Of a stretch of DNA of 64,000 nucleotides, positions 28,681 through 39,733 are shown piece after piece. This DNA comes from Octopus bimaculoides (lineage: Eukaryota). A program made the translations under genes and the position numbers. The stretch's first letter is position 1; each line of letters begins with the position of its first letter. The DNA lies in NCBI RefSeq assembly GCF_001194135.2, contig NC_068981.1:20313284-20377283 (forward strand). Direction: 5' to 3'. The notes below the pieces were generated by a model. That model saw only the letters and a program-made list of their open reading frames with translations. It was not told the DNA's origin and ran no database searches.

Positions 28681-31600
28681 TATGAATACCATTAGTTTCA
28701 GTGAAGAGATTTGTTAAGTTCCCATCACCAATAAAATCTCCAAGAATGCAGCCATTCAGTTGTATTTTTACTGTATTATCTCATTTATAATCCACAAATT
28801 GTTCAACGTATCCCATATCTACAGTTACATTTTGTGACTATAGCAGACAATTCCATGGCATCATCTGAGCACATCTCAACATGTTTTATTAATTTTTCGG
28901 AATTTTTTTCCATCTAATTTGACTACAAACGAAGGAGAAAAAAATTGAATTAAACAAAAGACGAAAAAAAAGAATAACAATAGTCACAACATCAATATAA
29001 AGTCAGGAGATTATTTGTTGGTCCCAGAATGTTTTATCAAATTCATGATTCATGGGGTATAATAAGATCAGTGTTTAGCATCACTAAACATTCAACCAAG
29101 CGCAGTAGTTACATCTTCAAGTAAATAGTCCTATCTTTGTAGCAATCTATATAAAACTATACAGTCATCATTTATTTATCATACACACCACTACACCTAG
29201 ACCAACAATATGGACAAATGCCAACATTGTCTACAAGAACTTTTGTTTTTTTTATTATATTTCCCCCTTCACTAAAAAGAAATAATGACTTCAATAAGTG
29301 CCCTCTTCTTAAACATACACACATATGCACACCCAACAACTGATCCTTGTAAAATAAACACTTAACATACTCAAGGTAGCTAATAATGATTTGTTTGCAA
29401 GACTAGAGACTAATACAGTATTCTCACAGTAATAGTTTAGGAAAGTATGCTCTCAGTTAAGCCTGAAATACCATGGTTTGCATACTGGTCAATTCTTAGG
29501 TTTCCTACCGTAAACAGTTATCAACAGAGCTTACATCATCACCAATAATAAGGCATCAAGATGGCATAAATGTAAGCAGCATTTCTGGCTCTTTGCATTC
29601 TGAGTTCAAACTCCACCAAAGTCAGCATTACCTTTTATCCTTTCAGGAATGAAGAAATAAGTACCATTCAAGCACTGGGGTCAATGTAATCAACTTAGCC
29701 AATCCTCCTAAGACTGTGGGCGTGTGCCAACATTTGAAATCATTATCATCACCAATAATAACAGTGATGATCTGATTTGAAGCCATCAAAGTAATACCAA
29801 AATCATAAAACTGTGTTTGGATGATCTAACACATTCTAAAATATTCATTAGCAATATTTGCTCCATCTGCTAGAAATAGCTGTCGGATCTTTCTCAAGTC
29901 TAAAGAAAGGAAGATCACCTTAGATAATGTAGTCCTGTATCTAAAGTAAAAACAAATGATATACTAATGGCTGGAACTTCTTTGATTCTATGACTGTTCA
30001 ATCAGGACTGACCTGGTCAAAACACCATCATTCAGTAATACTTAGTTCTTGTTTGACTTTGAGGACCTGTTTTGAAGCATATGACACATGATGTGCCATA
30101 ATTACCAGCACTTTAATAACACTTAGAACAGTTCTAATGCCTCTTAATAGCAATTATTGGCCAAACATCTAAAGAAATCTAAACTTTAGATATAAGCTAT
30201 TTAACAATCTCATAATGACTGTGACTTTTGAAGTTTTCACTTCATTACGATTTCCAATCATTTCTTTATCATGATTCTCAATCATTTTTCACTCAAAATA
30301 AATAATGAAGCTTAATTGTGAGATTGGTTTTATTGCAATGATACCTAAGAAAATAGCATTTAAGCTTTTATAATTGCAAATTTTGAGGTCAAATTAGACT
30401 CAATAATAAAATAAAGACAGCAGAGTTGTCATTAACATATGAGAAATATATTTTTGATCCTTTATCTGACTACCTTAACTTCTTAAAATGATTTTTAATG
30501 GTTTTGCCTCCTTTGTTCCATAATATTATAGATTGTATAGATCTTCTGACTGAGATAGTTGTTTGAATTTTTAGACCAAGAGTATTTTCACAATTCACTG
30601 CTTTTTCTAACATTAATCATTCAACTGTGTAGATGATGTATTGCCTATTTTCAGCTAAGTAAAATAGGCAAATAATGTACTGTGCTTTCAAGCCTAAATT
30701 TCCTTTTGTGTCTGTATATGCACGTGTGTGTATATTCCTGTGATAGAAGAAAACTATATAGCCTCCAACTATAGCTAAACCTATTTTCTCATTGCTTAAT
30801 ACGGTACATTGAGGCTGCAAAGTTTTTCTTTTAGATTCTTTATACATATTCCTCTTTGAGTTCATCGCTGATATTTCCTCAAATAGTTATTTGATGGGCT
30901 TCATATTTTGTAGGAATTTTTTTTTTTTTATCTCTTTCTATATATGGAAACCTTTACCATATACAGAATCTTAACAATATTTCTGAAGAACTCATGGTTG
31001 CATGGTTAAGATGATCTCTTCGCGTTTATGGAGTTCCAGGTTTGATACCACGGCATGGAACCTTGGAAAAGTATCTTCTACCAGCGCTTTGAGTTGATCA
31101 ATGCTTTGCAAGTATAATTTCATGAATAGAACCTCTGCGTATGTGTGTGTGTAAATATATGTACATACATGCACACACACAAAACATGAGTTTCTGTATG
31201 TATGTATATATGTGTGTGTGTCTGTGTATTTCTCACCAAAATATATTGAAGGAAGATGTGAATATCACCGAGAAAAATCAATAAGCCGGTACTTTTAGAC
31301 GTAAATAACTTACAGTATTTGTTCTGCCCGAGTTGCACAAGTTCTCCATTATCATACACACCATCAAAACTGCAGTGAACCAGTGACTGGTTCACTGGAA
31401 ACCTGTAACCAGTGACACTATTGTTCACAAAATGAACAGCAGCATCATTGAGAATTACAGTAAAGGTTATACCTCACTACTGTGTTGAAGCTGACATATA
31501 CAGAAAAATATTCATGAAGTAAAAGGAACACATATAGGCAATTATTTGACCCTTCTGTTCATCTCAGTCTTAACTGAAGATAACAATTATCTCTACCATT

Positions 31601-32373
31601 TAACAAAGGGTCACTGTTCTTAATAGGTTTTCCGGTAAATCACAAGTATATCATTCTTGTTGGTAGATACTAGGGTTGGCTCAAAAGATATAAAATTCAA
31701 ATGAAAAGGAACTGAAAAGATAAAAAAGAAATATACAAAAATTATCCTTGTAGATAACCATTTTAGACCCTCAAGTTTATATTGTACCTAAGTCCACACA
31801 CACTGTATATATGCATATATGCACACTATCTGTTCTTATATTTGTCTTCATTAAATGGTTATTATATATGCACAAACACACACATATAACAAATATTCAT
31901 GTGTTCGTGTGTGTGTGTGTGTTACTGTCTCCTTGTCTTGATATTGCCTGATAGTTGTAAACTAGTGTCACTGTCATACAAGCAGTGCCATCTATGAAAC
32001 CATGTCTGATCATGGGAAGGTATTATCTTACTTGGAAACAAGGGTTGATGACAGGAAGGGCTTCAGCTGTAGCAAAATCCACTTTAATAAATTTCATCTG
32101 ACCCATGTGAACATGGGAAAGTGGACGGTAAAACAGTGATGATGATATCTTTTGTCTTTTACTTGTTTCAGTCTTTGGACTGAGGCCATACTGGGGCACC
32201 ACCTTGAAGGGTTTCAGATGAATGAATCAACCTCCAGTACTTATATTTTTTAAAGCCTTGTACTTATTCTCTTGGTCACTTATGCTGACCTGCTAAGTTA
32301 CAGGAAAATGTAAACAAACAAACGTAGTGATAGGAGAGCAACACAAGGATACACATGTGTGTGTATGTATATA

Positions 32374-32768
32374 CTCTTTTACTTGTTTCAGTCATTTGAC
32401 TGCGGCCATGCTGGAGCACCACCTTTAGTCGAGCAAATCGATCCCAGGACTTATTCTTTGGATGCCTAGTACTTATTCTATCGGTCTCTTTTGCTGAACC
32501 GCTAAGTTACGGGGACGTAAACACACCAGCATCGGTTGTCAAGTGATGTTAGGGGGACACAAACACAAACATATACACAGACATATATATATATACACAT
32601 ATATACGACGGGCTTCTTTCAGTTTCCGTCTACCAAATCCACTTACAAGGCTTTGGTCGGCCCGAGGCTATAGCAGAAGACACTTGCCCAAGGTGTCACG
32701 CAGTGGGACTGAACCCAGAACTATGTGGTTGGTAAGTAAGCTACTTACCACACAGCCACTCCTGCACC
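32374..32768 (-). mobile_element. SINE head B + tail F
   Basis: Reverse complement of the 22331-22725 element. Confidence 0.9.
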
Positions 32769-33079
32769 TATGTGTATATATGTGTGTGTATATATATATA
32801 TATATAATGCAATGTTTAGTATGTATGTGTATGTATGTATGCATGTATGTATGTGTGTATGTATATATGTATATATATATATAATGTACTTTTAGAAAGT
32901 TAACTGTCTAAAAGGCATCTCAACGCTTCTAAAAGCAAACTTCGTTTGTTTATTTACGTTTGTCGTAATTTGAATTTAACATATAATGTACTGTTCAGTA
33001 ATAGAAAATTCAACAAAAAAAGTTCTCCATCTGGTGAGAGATAAATATTATTTATTTAAAAGGTACAATACATGTCTTT

Positions 33080-33140
33080 AAGCGCTACTAATAGTTTCAT
33101 ATATTGAGAAATATCACAAACATATTCATCAGGTACAAAC
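33080..33140 (-). ncRNA. Type I hammerhead ribozyme core (probably a degenerate relic) downstream of the Penelope ORF
   Basis: The minus strand reads gtac-CTGATGA-atatgtt(13 nt)aatatat-GAAA-CT att AG-TA-gcgct. Stem II (7 bp) and stem III (A-U, C-G, U-A) pair, the cleavage triplet is GUA, and stem I pairs poorly. Confidence 0.7.
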
Positions 33141-33336
33141 CACATATCATAACGAGCTAAAAAAATTTAATAAGAGAAGAAATGCAAAAAAAAAAAACTG
33201 AGAAGGTAGCATATAGAAAACGCAGATGATTAAAAAATGGAAAACAAAAACACAAAAGCTAAAATGTAAAAAGTAAGCGATAAAAGAATTATCCTCTTTA
33301 GACCTTAAATTATAAGGTTGGAGAGATATCAACAAG

Positions 33337-33945
33337 TTAATCAGGAATAGGCAGAATTTTACAATTCTTCAAAATATATTTATACATATGTTTGCAGCTG
33401 CTAAAAATTTCAGACCTAGATTTCAGTAGAGAGTTAAGGATCTTAGATCTGAACAGGATCTGTGCTCTTTCAGCTAAACAAAGCCTACATTTATATGATC
33501 CATTAATATAAGGTATGGATTTCTCAATTATTTTCCACTTAATCACATGTGGGTGTTTTGTTATCTTTCAAACTCTATATGTAGCTAGTCAACTTAGTAG
33601 CTTTGCTTTTGTCCTTATGTCGGAAGGAGGCTATGCGATTGGCACAGTGATTTTTAAATTCTCCTTCACATAATTCAATATAGGGCTTCTTATCTATTGT
33701 ATTATTATTTAGGGTTGCAGTAACTTCTGTCTCATATATGATAGATTTAATCATACCTCGTTGGTCAAGTGGACAGAATCCTGAGTTGCGACAGTTACAA
33801 CTGAATTTAGGCTCTTGGTATTGACTACATGTAATGATACTCTTCGTATTGTGGCAACAACTATGTGATAATTTCACAGAACGCCTATTAAATATTTTCC
33901 TGTATTTGTGAGTTGCTGGAAAGGAGTTGTTTGTCTAGGAGACAC
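33337..33945 (-). mobile_element. Penelope-like element remnant: linker and GIY-YIG endonuclease
   Basis: FPATHKYRKIFNRRSVKLSHSC...CNCRNSGFCPLDQRG..SIIYETEV...YIELCEGEFK...KLTSYI* then (frameshift) IKWKII...CRLCLAE...RSEIFSSCKH. This is the typical Penelope-like C-terminus, with YIG changed to YIE, a TGG>TAG nonsense codon and a frameshift. Confidence 0.88.
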
Positions 33946-34036
33946 AGGAATATTAAGGGAAAAGGGAAGAGCAAACCAAATTATCTTTGAAGCTACTATT
34001 ATATATAATATATAGTTGTACGTGTGTGTGTGTGTA

Positions 34037-34077
<41 letters not shown>

Positions 34078-35775
34078 TTATTAAAGCTGCAAAATCATCA
34101 CAAGGCTATTACTCAGAGTTTCATGTTCCTGTTCGTCAGACAGTTGTGATGAAAACTATATATATATATGTGTGTGTGTGAGTATAAACATTTATATATA
34201 AATACACATGTGTATGCACATGCACACACACACACACACTCACACACTCACACACACAACACACACACACACACACACACACAAATTATGTAAAATACTA
34301 TTAACTAACAGAAAATAGAGTTTATATCTTTGTTCAGTAAGTACCAAGCTGGTAAATATATTTGCACCTTATTATTACTGTCACCATCTAAGGCAGCGAG
34401 ATGGCAGAATCGTTAGCACATCAGGTAAAATGCTTAGTAACAATTCAAATTCTGCCAAGATAAACTTTGCCTTTCATTCTTTTGGGATCAATAAAATAAA
34501 CACCAGTTGAACACTGGGATTTATGTGATCAGCTTACTTTCCCCTAAAATTACTGGCCTTGTGCCAAAGTTTGAAACCATTATTATTATCATCATTTTCA
34601 TCATTACTGCCATCAGTATTATCACCAATCTTTATTATAACTGATTTAGTCTTTGTTGTTATGTTCCATATCTTTTCTCCTCACATTCAGCAATACCATT
34701 CCACATCACTCCTATGTTATTATTATTATCATTCTTTTACTATGTTGAATTAAACCGATTTCCAGCTGACATTGTAATTCTTTTAAACTCTATTCTCTTA
34801 TTTGATTCTACCACCAGTAAATTATGGCTCCTATAAAATAATAAATATATAAGTAAAAATAAGGTGGGATGGTCTCAGTTGGAATACTTTTGATTCATAG
34901 GTTTGCTGAATCAAAGCTAACCTTGGGTTCATTTTGTTCATTTTATGAAGCTTATCATAAAGTAAATTCCATGAATCTCTTCTCATGCTTGTGGAAGCCT
35001 ATTTCTATGAGAATGAAGTCCACTTCTCTTTGCACTGATCATTACTGTTCATTATATGAATTTACAAAATAGACCACTGTTAGCAGTTTTGGCCATTTAA
35101 AGTTCAATTATGTAAGCTGTGCATCATTAACTGATTTGACAAAAATACACCCACTTACAGCAATGAGGCTATTTGTTGTGTTGTTTTAAAACATAAACAC
35201 CTGGTGAGCTGTTGTTAAGAGATAAACAAATACTAGACATTTTTGTGAATTCCATCAGAGAATTCTCAGAGGACACGTAGTGTGTATACTCCTCTTTTTT
35301 CTTTTTTTTTTTTTCATGACCCTGCAGCAAGAATCATTGATTGAGTAACATTTAAGCTCTTCCTTACACAAGACCACTTGCTGCCAACTATAACTAAACC
35401 AGCCTCCATTGCTTAATACAATGATATTGAAGGAGAGAGATCTTCATTCAAATTCTTCATACTTATTCATCTTATTCTTCTAGTTCATTACTGCTATTTT
35501 CTCAAATCTGCTACAGTCTGTGTGTGTGTGTGTGCACGTGTATGCATGCACATGTGAATGTGTACCTGTATGTGTACAGATATCTGTTTCTGTATCAGTC
35601 TGTTGTTTTTGTTTGTGTGTGTACATATTTGTAGGTGTACGTATGTTTGTATGTGTATATGTGTGTGTGTGACATTTTGTTGTCCAATCTCAGTGCATCT
35701 GTGTGTGTGTGGCTGAATAAATGTACGTGTGTGTGTGTGTATGAGTGTGTATGTGTGTGTTTGTCTCTATGTTGG

Positions 35776-35936
35776 GATAAAGTGAGAGCAATAATATATG
35801 GTTGTTAAATCCAATTTTCCTCTTTCTCTACTATCCTGTAGTTGACAATAACAACAGAAAGTAAATCTAGTTCCTATCACAGATCACATTAAACATAGCA
35901 GATAGAAAAGAACACAGCTTATCTATAACCAATCCT
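35776..35936 (+). repeat. Left arm of a 160-bp inverted repeat
   Basis: Reverse complement of 37500-37655, roughly 80-85% identical by eye (e.g. tatggttgttaaatccaattttc, cctgtagttgacaataa and agtaaatctagttcct are shared). Confidence 0.9.
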
Positions 35937-37499
35937 TCTGCATTCTTATTAGATTCCTGCTACTTTCAAGTGTCGATTGTTTCAACTGATAATTGAGAAC
36001 AAGATGTCATGTTATCAGTAAATGTGCAATTGGCTATTTTCTGCAACGACAATACGCTGTACAGCACTTTATCCTAATGTGCTCTACAGAGTATTGTCAC
36101 TTCAGAAAATTTCTGCACAAGCTCCCTTCCCTCTTCTTTTCAGCCACCTACTTCTCCATACAATTTCTTGTTTGCCTATGCTATCTGTATGCTTGATTAT
36201 CAGTTCTTATACCCTTATATGGTTTCTTTGACATGGACACCTTCTTCGTGCAGCGTCATCATCCATTGTCATCAATGTCTTCATCATCATCACCACTGAC
36301 AGGGATGCTCTCTGGTATCCAACATAAAACTTAAACTTTCCAATGAAAATGTCTTTGGTTCTAGTGAAAAGTTATTTCAACGGAGTTATTAGCTGAGATT
36401 TTTAATAAATATCATGGCAGTAGCCTACCATCATCACCAATACTATTGTCACTATCAACACCACCACCACCACCTTCATCATCAAACAACACTATCATTG
36501 TCACCACCATTGCTACTACCAACACTACCACCAACACTATTGCCACTACTCTCATCACCATGACTACTGACACCAACACCAATGTCATTGTTCTCACAAG
36601 TCTAGGTTGCTGAGCCTGTTAAAAATAGCAACCAAATCTCCCTCAAATAGCATGCTATTGTCTCAGGAAAGGAAGGAGTTTATTGCATAATATCCCTAAA
36701 ATGACAGGATGGTCATGAATGGAATGCCTTTGATCATATGACTTTCCAATCAGGTTGACCTGGGGCTTAATATCATCATCATCATCATCATCACTTCTAC
36801 CATCTCCACTAGTTTTACCACTGCCATCATCACCACTTTCACTAGAACTATCATCTCTATCATTATCATTATTATTGTCAGCATTTCTATCACCCTACAA
36901 CTACTACTACCACTATTACCATCAACATTATCATCATCACCACCACTATCATCAGCACCATTCCACCAGTGTCCTTGCCACTATCACTACTATCATCACC
37001 ACTAGCATCAATACTAGTACCGTTATCATCATCACTACCACGGTTGCCTGATCTGTCTGTCCTGTCAGCATCAAATGACTGTCTGTTTGTCTGCCCACTC
37101 AACATTAGTGAACGGTGTCTATCTATCCAGTCAACCTTAATGGGCTGTGTCTATTTAAACAAATTTGTCTTATTTGTCTACCCAGTCAACAATAATAGAC
37201 TATCAGTTTGTTTATCTAACTAATCAACATCAATAGACCTGACCCATCTATATATTTGTTTACTTAATACCATTAGACTGTCTCTTTCTATCTAACTAGT
37301 TATTTCTATATATCTATCAAGTCAACATCAATGGACTATCTGTCTGTCTGGCTTTTTATCTACCTACCTTCTACTTGTTTATTTATCTGTCAGTCTGTCA
37401 GTCAATCTGTCTATCCATCTATCCAATCATCACCATTGGACTTTGTTTATCTGTTTGTCTCTCTATCTAATCAACATCAATCACCTGTATCATATAAAC

Positions 37500-37655
37500 A
37501 GGATTGGTTAGATACAAACTGTGTTCTTTTCTATTTGCTACATTTAATATGATCTGTGACAGGAACTAGATTTACTCTGTTATTGTCAACTACAGGACAG
37601 TATAGAGAGAAGAAAATTGGATTTAACAACCATACGTTATTATTTTCACTTTATC
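37500..37655 (-). repeat. Right arm of the 160-bp inverted repeat
   Basis: See 35776-35936. Confidence 0.9.
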
Positions 37656-37909
37656 AGATGCATTCACACAAGCATAACACATATCATGCTAACACATACA
37701 CAGATACAAATGCACATTGAAGCATATGAACATAAGCATAAGAAAATGGTTAAATTGTTTGCTTAGCAACCATGTGGTTTCAGGTTCAATCCCACTGCAT
37801 GACATCTTGGACAAATGTTTTCTACCATGACATCATGATGAGCAATGTCTTGTGAGTGTAAATAGGTAGATAGAAAGTGTGCAAAAACCTGTCATTTAAA
37901 TTCATATGC

Positions 37910-38239
37910 ATGTACGTGCCCGTGGCACGTGTAAGGACTTTCGAGCGAGATCGTTGTCAGTGCCTCTGGACTGGCTCTTGTGCGGGTGGCACGTAAAATA
38001 CACCATTTTGAGCGTGGCCGTTGCCAGTATCACCTGACTGGCCTTCGTGCCAGTGGCACATAAAAGCACCCACTACACTCTTGGAGTGGTTGGCGTTAGG
38101 AAGGGCATCCAGCTGTAGAAACTCTGCCAGATCAGATTGGAGCCTGGTGTAGCCATCTGGTTCGCCAATCCTCAGTCAAATCGTCCAACCCATGCTAACA
38201 TGGAAAGCGGACGTTAAACGATGATGATGATGATGATGA
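37910..38239 (+). mobile_element. Family D element (RTE-type 3' end with (GAT)n tail)
   Basis: Ends ...ggttggcgttaggaagggcatccagctgtagaaac...ggacgttaaacgatgatgatg. Other copies at 18927-19116 (-), 19964-20263 (-) and 49120-49600 (-). Confidence 0.85.
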
Positions 38240-38389
38240 NNNNNNNNNNNNNNNNNNNNNNNNNNNNNNNNNNNNNNNNNNNNNNNNNNNNNNNNNNNNN
38301 NNNNNNNNNNNNNNNNNNNNNNNNNNNNNNNNNNNNNNNNNNNNNNNNNNNNNNNNNNNNNNNNNNNNNNNNNNNNNNNNNNNNNNNNN
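38240..38389. other. Assembly gap (150 N). Other gaps: 19942-19951, 39734-40244, 50848-51060, 53623-53988
   Basis: N runs in the sequence. Confidence 1.
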
Positions 38390-39550
38390 CAGTGCCTCTG
38401 GACTGGCTCTTGTGCGGGTGGCACGTAAAATACACCATTTTGAGCGTGGCCGTTGCCAGTATCACCTGACTGGCCTTCGTGCCAGTGGCACATAAAAGCA
38501 CCCACTACACTCTTGGAGTGGTTGGCGTTAGGAAGGGCATCCAGCTGTAGAAACTCTGCCAGATCAGATTGGAGCCTGGTGTAGCCATCTGGTTCGCCAA
38601 TCCTCAGTCAAATCGTCCAACCCATGCTAACATGGAAAGCGGACGTTAAACGATGATGATGATGATGATGAAATTTACATTTTTACAGATATCAAAAGTT
38701 GACAGTTTATTCTGAGTGTTGCTCTTTGGTGTTTGATTTATCTGTTTTTCTATCCATCCATCCATCCCTCCAGCCATCCATTCTTTCAACATGAGTGGGC
38801 TATGTGTAGTCAGTAGTGAACAGCCAAGAGTGAAACTCAGAGTTAGCTGTCAACTTCTGATAGGCATGGTTGTGTAGCTGAGAAGTTTAGTTCCTAGCTG
38901 CTTGGATTCAGGTTCAGTCTAACTGCACATTACTTTGTCGAAGTTTCTTCGGCTAAAGTCTTGAGCCAACCAAAGTCTCATGACTGAATTTGATAGATGA
39001 GAACTGAGAGAATCCTACCCTCTGTGCAGGTGTGTGTGTGCTTGTCTTCTTATTGTATGATGGTTGCAAATGAGCATCGCTGTCACTCAAGCAGCATCAT
39101 TAATTTCTAATCATTCATGTAAACATGTCCAGCCATCAGAGAATATTACTTTGCTTGGAAACAGGTGAGGATTAGAAACAAGAAGGGAATCCAGCTGCCT
39201 TAACAAATTCTATCTGACCCATGCAAGCATGGAAAAGTAGCCATTAAAGCAATGACGATGGTGTTGTGATGTGTGTGTGTGTGTGTGCATATGTCTGTGT
39301 TTGTTTACATCTGCCATTTTTGGGACAAAAGTGTGGTGAGTGATGTTGTTTTCAGTTTCTCCTATCAATAATTATCCAGGCATTGCATGCCCTCAAAGCC
39401 ATGGGAACAGGTGATGATCCCCTTTATCAGAAACAAGTAAAAGGTTAGTGTCAGAAAGAGCATCCAACTGTAAAGCATTGTCTCAAATAACATTCATCTA
39501 ACCCATGCAAGCTTGGAAAAACCGGCATAAAAATGAAGATATATATATAT

Positions 39551-39733
39551 TCAGATAGATGGCCCTGCTCAGTATGTAGAAAAGGAGTAGGTAGTAACTC
39601 TATAAGATGTACCCGGTGCAAGCTATGGACACATAAGAGGTGCAGCAACATCAAAGGCAGGTTAACTAGCAAGTTAGTTTTTGTTTGTGGCAGATGTTCA
39701 GGTGCAATAAAAACTGTAAACAAACAGGAAACA
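39551..39733 (+). mobile_element. RTE LINE ORF fragment with a Cys/His PHD-like finger, running into an N-gap
   Basis: SDRWPCSVCRKGVGSNSIRCTRCKLWTHKRCSNIKGRLTSKLVFVCGRCSG is uninterrupted. The same motif appears decayed at about 5340-5400. Confidence 0.8.

Noticed and set aside
27813-28695. Cys/Val-rich and His/Thr-rich ORFs (also 16888-17331, 43871-44407, 50567-51158 and others)
   Set aside because: These are translations of (TG)n/(CA)n/(TA)n tracts and SINE bodies.
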